Below, in pieces: positions 19,601-29,071 of a stretch of DNA of 64,000 nucleotides (its first letter is position 1; each line of letters opens with the position of its first letter). The position numbers were made by a program, and so were the translations under genes. Where the stretch lies: positions 96,001 to 160,000 of the forward strand of contig JBDRCO010000113.1 in the NCBI GenBank assembly GCA_043821645.1, given 5' to 3'. This DNA comes from Pseudomonadota bacterium. Lineage in GTDB: Bacteria > Myxococcota > JACRCW01 > JAFGSX01. A model generated the notes under the pieces. That model searched no databases and was not told where the DNA came from. It saw nothing but the letters and a program-made list of their open reading frames with translations.

Positions 19601-19734
19601 TCGCCGACCTCGGCGTCGGTGACACCGTCCTTGCGCACCTCGCGCACGATCTTGTCGGCTTCGCTCTGGCTCAGGACCTTGTTGCTCAGGGCCCTTTGCA
19701 GGGTCGAACGGAGCGCGTGCAGATCATTGGGCAT
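16657..19734 (-). CDS. Large soluble protein with C-terminal transglutaminase-like (EDR1/CTR1-like) Cys-His-Asp domain
   Basis: PLGELAKIGKGVCRHQ...GIDSRLASG...YHIWTEV...YMSDQTW. GGAGG precedes the ATG at 19734. No signal peptide or TM helix. Confidence 0.75.
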   Translation of the reverse strand: MPNDLHALRSTLQRALSNKVLSQSEADKIVREVRKDGVTDAEVGEVVSTLRQAMGDGLDVSTDTRRRSIESLLGHLDAERAVMTPSERNELKRPDGTTNYLGLLMKNRQREAVDLPAKGFGGQTVGVDDLSGRPTLGGQEVSLDSGTPDRKAVDALMALNKPGQLDGLDAAVKTKLGDALLDGVAKNTPVPLEGAGKHARSVATCASVGALDGMKGSLNSAQVDRLLEQYASLPTPMAQSLAHRALDGATKTDAQKQRFEALAKPEKKDELVAAWDEARSERSRAGYQTVKGGASQFELSALTYANDKAAIDNVHEGMKVFKDLNSDYSKPWDAEELGHLDKTLETYIEKYPQASFAYGSFASDAPKALATISNARTVERLSPQLDAASPSFDGVPLSRTQADYVKTLLPGIKDDDAVKDVSRALGEAGTLFSTRDRGWGDAPKPTEPLSPAAFEQFKRVADRAFDTRGDTKDGMLDAMGVKNDLAQRVKDIKQDLTPRLRELGGQPPTWDGVQLSDVAASEVKDLLRNNLRSEMSVGNLGEAIKTVAAANGGKIEGQGFGQFKSIVDGYKANWPGETFFDFNKLGRIASFKVQGKDVPLCKLNGEPVGLAQFNDKVATSVAASIDKNALKQPWMADRWGARAKQSVELLDVIAQQTAENKGPVHALKQQFPGKDIQVLATGMDGAHSQFVFELSDRGRRVGRFTQGSDGVVKPYTGGVDPQLFTASVRDDGAFDVKIPTRNTVRNYPLQTTYSVGDSVDWSVLDSAATELQDEGKPFSTKYKIVEASIQGFDAKGNYTIAYRAPDGSDKTETVPLSRIRGLNNPHQFSTSGSTYSDVSINVNSDAELKKFLDEAQPLIDKHFPPGQSRATLSTAEMTKRQKACIKDLMAYTTEKIKYPADKDHNPDDASKRYHELDTQYRFPLGELAKIGKGVCRHQCIFEHLLLQRAGIDSRLASGAANTSSGDFRGYHIWTEVSLADNARYMSDQTWDDPTIPLWKGAYDSDKRRIEMYDRTARYDSNLAQD

Positions 19735-19940
19735 GACGATCCTCCAGGCGGGCGTGAGTCGGTTCGCCATATATACATGCATGGTCTCGAATTTGTCGCG
19801 CGACCGGGGCGGTGTGAACCAGACGTCTCGACCACCCCTTGGCGATCAACCCCGACAGCGCTGCAGACCTGGCCAACCAGGCAGCGCCGTGTGCAGGATG
19901 GGGCTCGGAGACTCACCCTGTCCTGCAGGAGGCGTTGCGC

Positions 19941-21101
19941 ATGCGCAGACCGGTATCCACTGTCGCCGTTGCTCTCCTTCTCCTCGTGGGGTGCCCAGGT
20001 CCCCAGATCGTTGACGCTGGCGCGGCCGATGGCGCGGCTGTTGACGCAGCGGGCCCGCAGGATGCCAGCACGGCCGATGCCTTCGCGCCGCCGGACGCAC
20101 ACGCCACCGACGCTGCAGCAGGGGATCATGCGGACGCCGCCCCGGCGGAGGACGGGGGTGTGACATTGCAGGTGCTCGCGAGCTACACCGACACCCAGCA
20201 TGCAGTGCTGAGCATCGGCGACGCCATCTATGCGGTGGACTCGGCAAACGATCAGGTGCGGGTGTTCGACGCCGTGAGCGGCGCCCCGCGCAGCTCGATC
20301 GCGGTGGGCAGGGTGCCGGGCAAGCTGGCCACCGACGGGACCCTTCTGTTCGTGGTCAACCGCATGGCGCGCGAGCTGGGGGAGCCCTACGTCTCCATCG
20401 TCGACCTGGCCACGGAGCAGGTGATCGACACCCTCGACGTGTCGGTCAAGACCGAGGGCAGCGATCCCGACAACTACCCGATGACGAACTTTCCGTGGGA
20501 TGCCTGCGTGGCCGACGGCGTCCTGTACGTGGACTTTCCGACCAATGCGATCCCCGACTTGAGGCCGGTGACCATCGCCTCGCGCACCGAGGCTGTGTCC
20601 TGGGCCGCGGGCAGTGGCCCGGGAGACCTGCGCGCAGCGGGTGGCAAGGTCTTCGTGGTCCAGGGACGCGCCATCAGCAACCCCGACGACGATGCCCTGG
20701 CCGTGTACGATCTGGCCGGCCAGCTGCTGACGACGCTGGAGACCGGCGGGCGCCTGCATGATCTGGTCGAGGCCGGGGGTAAAGTCTGGGTCGCACACGC
20801 GCCAGCCAGCGGCTCCGGCGACGAACTCGTGGTGGTCGACGTGGACACTCTGGCCCGACGCAGCGTGGCGGTGGGTGCCGGGCCCTATGGCCTGGCCACG
20901 CACCAGGGCCGGGTCTATGTGATGTGCCAGTACGCCGGCCGGGTCGATGTAGTCGATGCGACCAGCGAGCAGGTGGTCGAGCAGATTGCACTTGATGGTC
21001 TTTCGCCGCCCGTGGTCGATGCCCGGGGCATCGCCGTCACCTCGAGCGGTGACCTGGTTCTCGAGGCCGAGGGCATGATCGGACTGGTGCGACAGCCCTG
21101 A
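19941..21101 (+). CDS. YncE/YVTN-type beta-propeller lipoprotein
   Basis: AGGAGG RBS; lipobox LLVG-C; DA-rich linker; repeats IAVGRVP, VAVGAGPYGLA, GRVDVVDAT. Confidence 0.8.
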   Translation: MRRPVSTVAVALLLLVGCPGPQIVDAGAADGAAVDAAGPQDASTADAFAPPDAHATDAAAGDHADAAPAEDGGVTLQVLASYTDTQHAVLSIGDAIYAVDSANDQVRVFDAVSGAPRSSIAVGRVPGKLATDGTLLFVVNRMARELGEPYVSIVDLATEQVIDTLDVSVKTEGSDPDNYPMTNFPWDACVADGVLYVDFPTNAIPDLRPVTIASRTEAVSWAAGSGPGDLRAAGGKVFVVQGRAISNPDDDALAVYDLAGQLLTTLETGGRLHDLVEAGGKVWVAHAPASGSGDELVVVDVDTLARRSVAVGAGPYGLATHQGRVYVMCQYAGRVDVVDATSEQVVEQIALDGLSPPVVDARGIAVTSSGDLVLEAEGMIGLVRQP

Positions 21102-21337
21102 ACCAATCTCGGGCTGCCTGTATCGAACCTCGCGGTCGACGCGCCTGCCCGGGCGGTCCCGATCGCAGAGCCTCGGCCATCAGAAATCCGAGCAGGAACT
21201 CCATGCGGAGTTTCAGATTTCAGCGGTATGAGCGGTTTCGAACAGGCCCGGCCAAACCTCACCCCCTCTCGTCAAGTGCTCGGTATTTTTGTGTTTTTCT
21301 TGCTTATTTTCGACTTGATGGCGAACCCGGGCTGCCC

Positions 21338-21353
21338 TGGTTCCGACCTTGCA
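21338..21353 (+). promoter_or_regulatory. Putative sigma54 (-24/-12) promoter
   Basis: TGGTTCCGACCTTGCA has correct GG-N10-GC spacing. An AT-rich tract lies upstream at about 21283-21312. Confidence 0.4.
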
Positions 21354-21408
21354 CACGGTGCCCTCGCCACCCGCGCTGGGCGGTTGGCCGGTCTTCATGG
21401 AGGGTGTC

Positions 21409-24400
21409 ATGCATCGTCTCATCCGGATCAGCGGCCTCGCCCTTGCCAGCTCGGCCCTGCTGCTCGCCTGCCACAACGAACCCATCACCTACGGCAAGGA
21501 AATCGTCGAGGTGCCGCGCTACATCGAGGGGCAGCGACCGCCGCAGCGAACGCTCGAGAGCCCACCCTCGGAGCGGGACATCTTTCCGCAGGAGGGCGCC
21601 ACGCACTTCCTGACCGCCAACAACAACGAGCTGCTGTCGGATCCCAGCATCGGCCGCGGCTACGGCGGCTACAACGGCGGCGATGCCCTGGGCGCCGGCG
21701 AGTCTGACAGCGGACTGTCCGGGACCCCCTCGGCCGAGCCGGGCCGAGCCTACGAGCCCGAGGCCGAGCCAGATCCCAGCCGCGCCATCGTCGAGGCAGA
21801 CATCTACAAGCTCGACGGCGACTACCTGTACGTGCTCAACGCCTACCGTGGGCTCGTCATCTTCGACCTGAGCAACCCCGACGCTCCGGTGGTGGCGGGT
21901 CGCCTGGCCCTGCAGGGCCAGCCCGTCGAGATGTACGTGCGCGACGGCCGCGTGTACTTCTTGCTCAGCGACTACTTCCAGTACTGGCAATACGACCCCG
22001 AGGCGGATCCGCTGGGATTCCATGGCAGCGAGGTGATGATCGCCGACGTCAGCGACGTGACAGCACCCCGCATGCTTGGCGGCATGAAGGTGGACGGTGA
22101 GATCACCGACAGCCGCATGGTGGGTGACGTGCTGTACGTGGTCAGCAAGCGCAATCCCGAGTACTGGCGCTACAACACGGCCAACTGGGAGGACCGCACC
22201 TGGGTGCTGTCGATCAACATCGCCGATCCACTCAATATCCACGAGATCGATCGCGTGACCTTTGATGGCGCCTCGACCTTGATCCACGTGGCCGCCCACG
22301 CGGTGTTCGTGGCCGCCCTGGACCCCAACTTCTATCTCTACGACTCCGAGAACGAGCAGCAGACCAAGGTCACCTACGTCGACATCTCGGACCCCCAGGG
22401 CGATCTGCGCGTGCGGGGCGACATCTACGTGCCCGGCATGATCGCCGACAAGTTCAAGATGGACTGGTCCGACCACAGCTTCAGGGTCTTCACCCAGCGC
22501 TGGTACGGCGGTCGCAAGACCGAGCTGCACGTCTATGACACCAACTTCCCCGACGCCATGGAGGAGATCGGCACCCTGAGCATCGACGAGGACCTGTATG
22601 GCAGCCTGCGCGCCACGCGCTTTGATGGCCCACGCGGATTTGCCGAGTACAGTGACCACCGCTACGAGTCCAACCGCTACGTGCCCATCGACAAGCTGCT
22701 CACCATCGAGCTCGACAATCCCTACCATCCCGTCCTGGCGGGCAATCTGCAGATCGATGGCTACATCTCGCACTTCGAGACCCGCGGCGATCGCCTCATC
22801 GCCCTGGGCCAGGAGTACCGCTACAGCTACAGCCAGGGCTCGCACTATTCGGCCCAGGTCAGCCTGTTCGATGTGAGCGACCTCAACGCCCCGCGCATGG
22901 ACAGCCAGGCCGAGCTGGGCTTTGGCAACTCCTGGTCCAGCGCCAACTACGACTACAAGGCCTTCAAGGTGGTCGACGAGCTGAACCTGATCCTGGCGCC
23001 GGTGAGCTACTACACCAACTCCGAGTCGCACTCGGGCACGCAGCTGGTCGACTGGTACGGCGACTCCCTCACGGCCCGCGGCTACGTGGACCACCCGGGC
23101 TGGCAGGTCCGGCGCGTGTTCCCGGCGCGCGGACGCATCGTCGCCATGAGCGAGCGCTCACTGCAGGTCATCGACGCCACCAACCGCGTCACGCCGCGGG
23201 TCAGCGCCTCCGTGCACCTGATCCACGCGGTCATGAACACCTTCAACGTGCAGGGCCGCCAGGTGCAGATCATCAACAACACCGACCGCCCGGGTTCGCG
23301 CGTCGACGTGCGCGTGTTTGGCCGCGACGACAACACGCCGCCCATCGCCACCCTGGACCTTCCCTTCCAGTCGGCCCCGGTGTGCTTCCGGGACGGCGAT
23401 CTGATCCGCATGGTGGGCTACATCACCTACGGCACGCAGACCATGACCACCCTCGACGTCACCGACCCGCTGCGGCCCCGCCTGCGCGGCGCGTTTGCGG
23501 TGCCCACCGACGTCAACCGCATCTACAACGAGGGCTACAGCTTCTACTACGTGTGGTGGAGCCCCAGCGCCGGCCTGCCGCTCAACAATCGCATGTTCCC
23601 GGTGACCCTGCGCACGGTGACCCAGGATGCGAGCGGCCGTCGCAATTTCCACAGCGAACTCAGGCTCATCGACCTCAGCGACGCCGACAACCCGCGCATG
23701 ACGACGGCCGGCATCAACATGGACGATTGGCCCTTCGTCAACAAGGTCACCCACGGCAACGTGCTGCACTCGACCCACGTCGAGGAGGCGACCACCGAGG
23801 ACGGCGACAGCCTGCTGTACCATGTGCGCTCCTACATGGATCGCATCGATGTCAGCGACGTGGACAACCCGCGGCTGCTGCCCTCGCTCAGCATTCCCGG
23901 GCTGCTGGTGGATGTGAGTGACGACGGAACCCTGGCCTACAGCATCGACTACCAGTGGGATGCCTACGGGCGCCGCCGCAACTCTCTCAACGTGCTCAAG
24001 ATCGAGGGCACCCAGGCGCGCCTGGTCACGGTGCTCCCCGTGGGCGACCGCATCAACCGCGCCCTGTTCCGGAACCGCACTCTGTGGGTGACCACCCACA
24101 AGTATCCCTGGTGGGGTGTGCACGAGGACACTGTCACCTCGCGCCAGCCCTACACCCTGCTCAACCGCGTGGACTTCGATGCCGATGGCCACCTGGCGCA
24201 GATGACGGCTGCGGACCTGCTGGGCTACCACTTCGACCTGCTCGACGTCGAGGAGCCCACCGTGTTCCTGGCCTCGGGATATCCTTACGGCATCCTGGTG
24301 CTCGACGCCACGGACCCCTCGGACCCGATCGTGGTGACCAGCGCGCGCACCGTCGGCTATGTGAGCAAGGTCGAGTTCGCGGGCGACCACATCTACATGC

Positions 24401-24459
24401 CCCTGGGCTGGTTCGGCGTGCACCGCACCCCGCGCTTCGCCGATATGATCGATCAGTAA
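21409..24459 (+). CDS. Secreted beta-propeller-domain lipoprotein (Beta_propel/LVIVD-like repeats)
   Basis: Lipobox LLLA-C; EADIYKLDGDYLYVLN; SRMVGDVLYVVS; LRATRFDG; VSLFDVSD; repeated xDxSDPxxP blades. Confidence 0.85.
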   Translation: MHRLIRISGLALASSALLLACHNEPITYGKEIVEVPRYIEGQRPPQRTLESPPSERDIFPQEGATHFLTANNNELLSDPSIGRGYGGYNGGDALGAGESDSGLSGTPSAEPGRAYEPEAEPDPSRAIVEADIYKLDGDYLYVLNAYRGLVIFDLSNPDAPVVAGRLALQGQPVEMYVRDGRVYFLLSDYFQYWQYDPEADPLGFHGSEVMIADVSDVTAPRMLGGMKVDGEITDSRMVGDVLYVVSKRNPEYWRYNTANWEDRTWVLSINIADPLNIHEIDRVTFDGASTLIHVAAHAVFVAALDPNFYLYDSENEQQTKVTYVDISDPQGDLRVRGDIYVPGMIADKFKMDWSDHSFRVFTQRWYGGRKTELHVYDTNFPDAMEEIGTLSIDEDLYGSLRATRFDGPRGFAEYSDHRYESNRYVPIDKLLTIELDNPYHPVLAGNLQIDGYISHFETRGDRLIALGQEYRYSYSQGSHYSAQVSLFDVSDLNAPRMDSQAELGFGNSWSSANYDYKAFKVVDELNLILAPVSYYTNSESHSGTQLVDWYGDSLTARGYVDHPGWQVRRVFPARGRIVAMSERSLQVIDATNRVTPRVSASVHLIHAVMNTFNVQGRQVQIINNTDRPGSRVDVRVFGRDDNTPPIATLDLPFQSAPVCFRDGDLIRMVGYITYGTQTMTTLDVTDPLRPRLRGAFAVPTDVNRIYNEGYSFYYVWWSPSAGLPLNNRMFPVTLRTVTQDASGRRNFHSELRLIDLSDADNPRMTTAGINMDDWPFVNKVTHGNVLHSTHVEEATTEDGDSLLYHVRSYMDRIDVSDVDNPRLLPSLSIPGLLVDVSDDGTLAYSIDYQWDAYGRRRNSLNVLKIEGTQARLVTVLPVGDRINRALFRNRTLWVTTHKYPWWGVHEDTVTSRQPYTLLNRVDFDADGHLAQMTAADLLGYHFDLLDVEEPTVFLASGYPYGILVLDATDPSDPIVVTSARTVGYVSKVEFAGDHIYMPLGWFGVHRTPRFADMIDQ

Positions 24460-24639
24460 GCCAGCGAGGACCTCGCGACTTCGCCACCCTGCCCCGACGC
24501 CATCTGCACACAACCGGCGCGCTGACGATCTCTTCCCGTTCTTCTCCCACTCCCCTGGACGGCTTGCTCGCCCAAGCCGGGACCCCTGATACAGTGTCGA
24601 GGGACCCTGTGGCCTGCGCCAGGTGTTCTGAGAGGCAGG

Positions 24640-25809
24640 ATGAGCGACGACCTCAAACCCTCGACGCGGGTTCGCCGGCTCGGCACCACGCGCATCGAGT
24701 CCATGCTCGGACAGGGAGGCATGGCCGAGGTGCTGCGCGGCATACAGGAAACCCTCGAGCGTCCTGTCGCGGTCAAGATCCTCAAACCCGAGGCCCTGAG
24801 CCAGCCCGACGCCCTCGAGCGCTTCCGGCGCGAAGCCCTGGCCCTGGCGCGGCTGCAGCACCAGAACATCGTGGCGGTCTATGACCTGGTGGAGAAAAGC
24901 GATCGTCTGTACCTGCTGATGGAGCTGGTGGACGGTGTCGACGTCGAGGTGCTGGTGCAGCAGGCCCCGCTACCGCTTGACCTGGTCCTGCTCATCGGCT
25001 CCGAGGTGGCTGCAGCTCTGGAGCATGCGCACCAGCACAAGGTCATCCACCGCGACGTCAAGCCGGCCAACGTCATGCTGTCGCGCACCGGTCAGGTCAA
25101 GCTGACGGACTTCGGCATCGCCAAGGACTTGACCCAGGATGACCTCACCCGCCAGGGGTTCATCGTGGGCACTCCGTCCTACCTGGCGCCGGAGCAGGTG
25201 CTGTGCAAAGGCGCCGACGCGCGCACCGACCTGTATGCCCTGGGTGCACTGCTTTACCGTTGCCTCAGCGGACAGCGGCCCTACCAGGCCAGCACCGAGG
25301 CCGAGCTGCTCATCGCCATCGTCCAGGGTCAGCGGCGGCCCCTGCGGCAGGTGCTGCCAGGTACGCCGCGGGTGATCGACAAGCTCATCACGCGCTGCAT
25401 GCACGTGGACCCGCGCCGGCGCTACCAGCACGCGTCGGAGCTGAGACGCGATCTGGATCGCCTGCTTGCCGCCGTGCTCGAGGGCAGTCGCGCCGGACGT
25501 GTGATCGAGGTGCTGCGCCAGCGTGGACACCTGGAGGACATTGACGCCACCGTGCTCGAGCTCAAGGAGATCGTCGTCACGCACGCGATCGAGAAGCCCG
25601 AGCAGGCCCTGCAGGCGGCCGCTGCCCAGCTGACGCCGCCCTCGTTCGCGGACCGTCTCTGGTCGCGACTCGGCACAATCCTGGTGCTCGTCGCCGTGCT
25701 GCTCGGTCTGGCGGTGCTGGCCCTGCTGCTGGCGCCTGGCCAGGTGCAAGCGTGGTTGCAGCACGCCCAGCATGCACTCGAGGCCTGGCAGGCTGGAGCT
25801 CCGCCATGA
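24640..25809 (+). CDS. Hanks-type Ser/Thr protein kinase with C-terminal TM helix
   Basis: LGQGGMAEV, VAVKIL, HRDVKPAN, DFGIAK, GTPSYLAPEQ and DLYALG are all intact. Confidence 0.95.
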   Translation: MSDDLKPSTRVRRLGTTRIESMLGQGGMAEVLRGIQETLERPVAVKILKPEALSQPDALERFRREALALARLQHQNIVAVYDLVEKSDRLYLLMELVDGVDVEVLVQQAPLPLDLVLLIGSEVAAALEHAHQHKVIHRDVKPANVMLSRTGQVKLTDFGIAKDLTQDDLTRQGFIVGTPSYLAPEQVLCKGADARTDLYALGALLYRCLSGQRPYQASTEAELLIAIVQGQRRPLRQVLPGTPRVIDKLITRCMHVDPRRRYQHASELRRDLDRLLAAVLEGSRAGRVIEVLRQRGHLEDIDATVLELKEIVVTHAIEKPEQALQAAAAQLTPPSFADRLWSRLGTILVLVAVLLGLAVLALLLAPGQVQAWLQHAQHALEAWQAGAPP

Positions 25810-27923
25810 AGATCACCCCCCACGTGCTTCTGTCTGGTCTGCTCGTCGCCAGTGGAACGTGCACCTGCGATGCACCAACCCCCGCGGATCCCTGCCTGGA
25901 GGGAGACCGCGAAGCCTGTCCCTGCGTCGAGGGCTTTCGTCTGCATGCTTCCGGCACGGGCTGCGTGCCCATCCTGCCCGCGGACGACTGCGCACCGGGC
26001 TCTCGGGCGGCCATCGGGTCGCTCGACTGTGTGCCCACGGGCGTGACGGGCTGTGCTGCGGGCTTTGCCAGGGATCCCTCTGGCTGGGGCTGCCGCGCCG
26101 TCCTGCCAGAGGCGCCCTGCACGGAAGGCATCGAGATCCTGGGCCAGGTCACCTGTCAGACCCTCGGCGACTGCAACGCCCCCTTCCCTCCCCCCGAGGC
26201 GACCTTCTTTGTCGACGACAGCTTCACCGTCGCCGAGCTCGACAGCACCCACGTGGACACCATCTCCCGGGCCATCACCCTGGCGCCCCAGGATGCCGTC
26301 ATTGCCGTCGAGGCCGGCACCTACGACGAATGGCTCAGCCTGCAGCGACCTGTTCGCATCGTGGGACGCTGCGCCTCCCAGGTTGTGGTACGCAGCGCAA
26401 GCCAGGGCCCCCCCGGCCTGCAGGCCGTGAACCTCGACGGTATCAGCGTGCAGGGGCTGACCCTCGAGGGTCACGAGGCCGGCATGGTGATCTCGGGGAG
26501 CACCCTGCTGGCACGGGAGCTGATCGTGCGCGGCAACCGCTCGGGCGGCGTGGTCGCCATCGACGGCTCCTCGGTGACCCTGGAAAACACCCGGGTCGTC
26601 GGGACCCTCCCGCGCGCCGATGGTGCGCTCGGGAACGGCCTGTACGTGCGCGGCGGTTCCACGCTCGACGCCACCGCGTGCAGCTTCGTGAGCAACACGG
26701 TCAACGGCGTCGCCGTCCTGGACGATGGCACGCGCGTGACGCTACGGCGATCCATCGTCCTGGAAACGCTGCCCGACGGCACGGACCGCTTTGGCAAAGG
26801 CGCAGTCGCGGGGTTCGGGGGAACTCTCGAGATCATCGACAGCGCGATCGTGCGCAACCTGTCGGCGGGCGTGTCGGTGATCGAGGGTGGACACGCCCGT
26901 ATCCAGGGCAGCGTCATCGACGACACGCGGGCGGATCGGCGCGGCCCCTTCGGCTACGGCATCGAGGTGGATCTGGGCTCGGATCTCGAGGTCGACCACA
27001 GCAGCATCACCCGCAGCGCCGAGTGGGCGGTGACGGGTTTCGACGCGGAGACGCGCCTGGTGCTCCGCGACTCCGTGCTGCACGGACCCGAAGCCGGCCA
27101 GGATGGGATAGGCGCCGGGATCTATGTACGCTCGGGGGCCCAGCTCGAAGTCGAGCGCTGCGCGATCCTGGATAGTTTCACCGCCGGCCTGCGGGTCGAG
27201 TATCCGGGCACGGTGGCCACGGTGCGCGCCAGCTTGATCCAGGGAACGCGATTCTCCCAGGACAGCGCGGCGGGGGCCGGGTCGGGGCTGATCGTGGCCT
27301 ACGGGGCCGAGGCCAGGGTCGAGGACAGCATCTTGCGCGACAACCAGACCGTGGGTGTGATCGCCGGCGCTGACGACGACCCGGGTGCCGCAGTGAGCCT
27401 CCTTGCCCTGCGCGCGACCCTGATCGCGGATACCCGGGCCGACCCCACCGGGCACTGGGGGATTGGTCTCGAGGTCAGCGGCGCTGCCCGGGCCGAGGCC
27501 GTGCGCTGCAGCGTGTCGGAGAATCTGGCCTCCGCGGTGGTCGTCGGGGGCACCCAGGCCAGGCTCGATCTCGTCGACAGCAGCGTGCTCGAGACGAAGC
27601 TCTCGGACGATGGCCCCGGGCACGCCGTCGTGTGCGCCGATCAAGGCACGCTGAGGGTCGTGGGCGCGCACCTGCTCGACAACCAGGGCGTGGGTCTGGC
27701 CTTCGGGCGTGCCGCAGGGTCCGTCGATTCCACAGTGGTGGCCCGCAACCAGGTGGGCATTCACGTCCAGGGTGGCACGGTGCTGCGAGACGTCGATCAA
27801 ACGGCGACGGAGATGGTCGCCGGTGAGGTCCAGGTCAGCGCAAGCTCGCGCTTCGTCGACAACGCGGCCCGGCTCGGTTCGGGAGAGATCCCCCTACCCG
27901 GTCTGGTCCCTCTCGCCCCTTGA
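25806..27923 (+). CDS. Secreted or lipid-anchored protein with Cys-rich N-terminus and right-handed parallel beta-helix
   Basis: ATGA overlap with the kinase stop; signal-like N-terminus; Cys-rich segment; IAVEAGTYDE...VRIVGRC; repeated G-x-G(L/I)-x-V-x2-G turns. Confidence 0.8.
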   Translation: MKITPHVLLSGLLVASGTCTCDAPTPADPCLEGDREACPCVEGFRLHASGTGCVPILPADDCAPGSRAAIGSLDCVPTGVTGCAAGFARDPSGWGCRAVLPEAPCTEGIEILGQVTCQTLGDCNAPFPPPEATFFVDDSFTVAELDSTHVDTISRAITLAPQDAVIAVEAGTYDEWLSLQRPVRIVGRCASQVVVRSASQGPPGLQAVNLDGISVQGLTLEGHEAGMVISGSTLLARELIVRGNRSGGVVAIDGSSVTLENTRVVGTLPRADGALGNGLYVRGGSTLDATACSFVSNTVNGVAVLDDGTRVTLRRSIVLETLPDGTDRFGKGAVAGFGGTLEIIDSAIVRNLSAGVSVIEGGHARIQGSVIDDTRADRRGPFGYGIEVDLGSDLEVDHSSITRSAEWAVTGFDAETRLVLRDSVLHGPEAGQDGIGAGIYVRSGAQLEVERCAILDSFTAGLRVEYPGTVATVRASLIQGTRFSQDSAAGAGSGLIVAYGAEARVEDSILRDNQTVGVIAGADDDPGAAVSLLALRATLIADTRADPTGHWGIGLEVSGAARAEAVRCSVSENLASAVVVGGTQARLDLVDSSVLETKLSDDGPGHAVVCADQGTLRVVGAHLLDNQGVGLAFGRAAGSVDSTVVARNQVGIHVQGGTVLRDVDQTATEMVAGEVQVSASSRFVDNAARLGSGEIPLPGLVPLAP

Positions 27924-27947
27924 GGTCGCCGCCGCGGCGAGGAGTGT

Positions 27948-28976
27948 TCAGGCAGCTGTCCTGCCGCCCTTGAAAACAGGGTGGCGCTCCCGGGCCAGAT
28001 TCACGATGCGCTCCAGCATGGCCCCGTAGGGAAAACCGCTGTGTTCGGCAGCTCCGGCGGTGCTGGTCTCGGCACTGATGTCGTGGTTGGGATTGACGTC
28101 GAGCACGTAGAAGATGCCGTCGCGCAGGCGGATGTCGATGCGCCCGTAGTCGCGACAGCCAACGGTCCGGTATGCGCCGATGGCCTGGCGCTGCAAGGCC
28201 TCGCGCTCGGCGTCGCTGAGGGGGGCGGGCAGCAGCAGCTCGATCTCCTGGTAGTGCCGCGACTCGGGGTCGAACTTGGAGTCGTAGGTACACAGGCGGT
28301 CGCGGGGGTCTCCGAAGGCGGAAAAGTCCATCTCGGCAGGCGGTAACATCTCGATGGTACCGTTGCCCCACAGCGACACGTGAAACTCCCGGCCATCGAT
28401 GAAGTCCTCGACCAGGGCAGGCTGCTTGAAGGTCTCGATCACCCAGGCGGCACGTCGTTCAAGTTCCTGCGTGGTCATCACCACGGCCTCTCGGCTCAGC
28501 CCCAGGCTGCAATGCTCGTGGGCCGGCTTGACGATGGCGGGGAACAGTCCCCAGTCCCGCACGTCGGGAGTGTGCAGCAGCAGTCCGTCCGGCGTGTTGA
28601 GCCCGGCTGCTCGCAGCAGGCGCTTGACCATGTCCTTGTCCCAGGACAGGAACAGGGACGAACTGCTGGCGCCGGTGTAGGTGAAGCCGAGCTGATCGAG
28701 GATGGCCGTGACGTGGGTCTCGCTGTTCGGCACGCCTGGCAGCTCCTCACAGGCATTGAACACCAGCACGCTGGCCGGGTCATAAGGTCGCAGCGCCGCG
28801 CGCAGATTGGCCGAACGAACAGGCTGGTTGAAGACCACGTGCCCCAGGCCACGCAGCGCACTCATCATCTGCTCGACCTCATCGAGCGCGCTGGCAAGTT
28901 CGGCGCTGGTCCACGCGTCGTCGAGGTTGTGCAGCAGGAGCACCTGCAGGGATCCATTCTGCCGACGACGTGCCAT
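27948..28976 (-). CDS. ATP-grasp ligase, D-Ala-D-Ala ligase-like
   Basis: VFNACEE, YTGAS, DKDMVK, PAIVKP, LVEDFIDGREF, RDYGRIDIR and DVNPN motifs. Confidence 0.85.
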   Translation of the reverse strand: MARRRQNGSLQVLLLHNLDDAWTSAELASALDEVEQMMSALRGLGHVVFNQPVRSANLRAALRPYDPASVLVFNACEELPGVPNSETHVTAILDQLGFTYTGASSSSLFLSWDKDMVKRLLRAAGLNTPDGLLLHTPDVRDWGLFPAIVKPAHEHCSLGLSREAVVMTTQELERRAAWVIETFKQPALVEDFIDGREFHVSLWGNGTIEMLPPAEMDFSAFGDPRDRLCTYDSKFDPESRHYQEIELLLPAPLSDAEREALQRQAIGAYRTVGCRDYGRIDIRLRDGIFYVLDVNPNHDISAETSTAGAAEHSGFPYGAMLERIVNLARERHPVFKGGRTAA

Positions 28977-29071
28977 GGTCTTTTTGTCGCACTGGATGGG
29001 TGTGGGATGCCAGAAAAAAGTCGGCGATTCTGGATGGTTTCTTGCGCTCCCGGGCCGCCTCAAGCCCGTGA

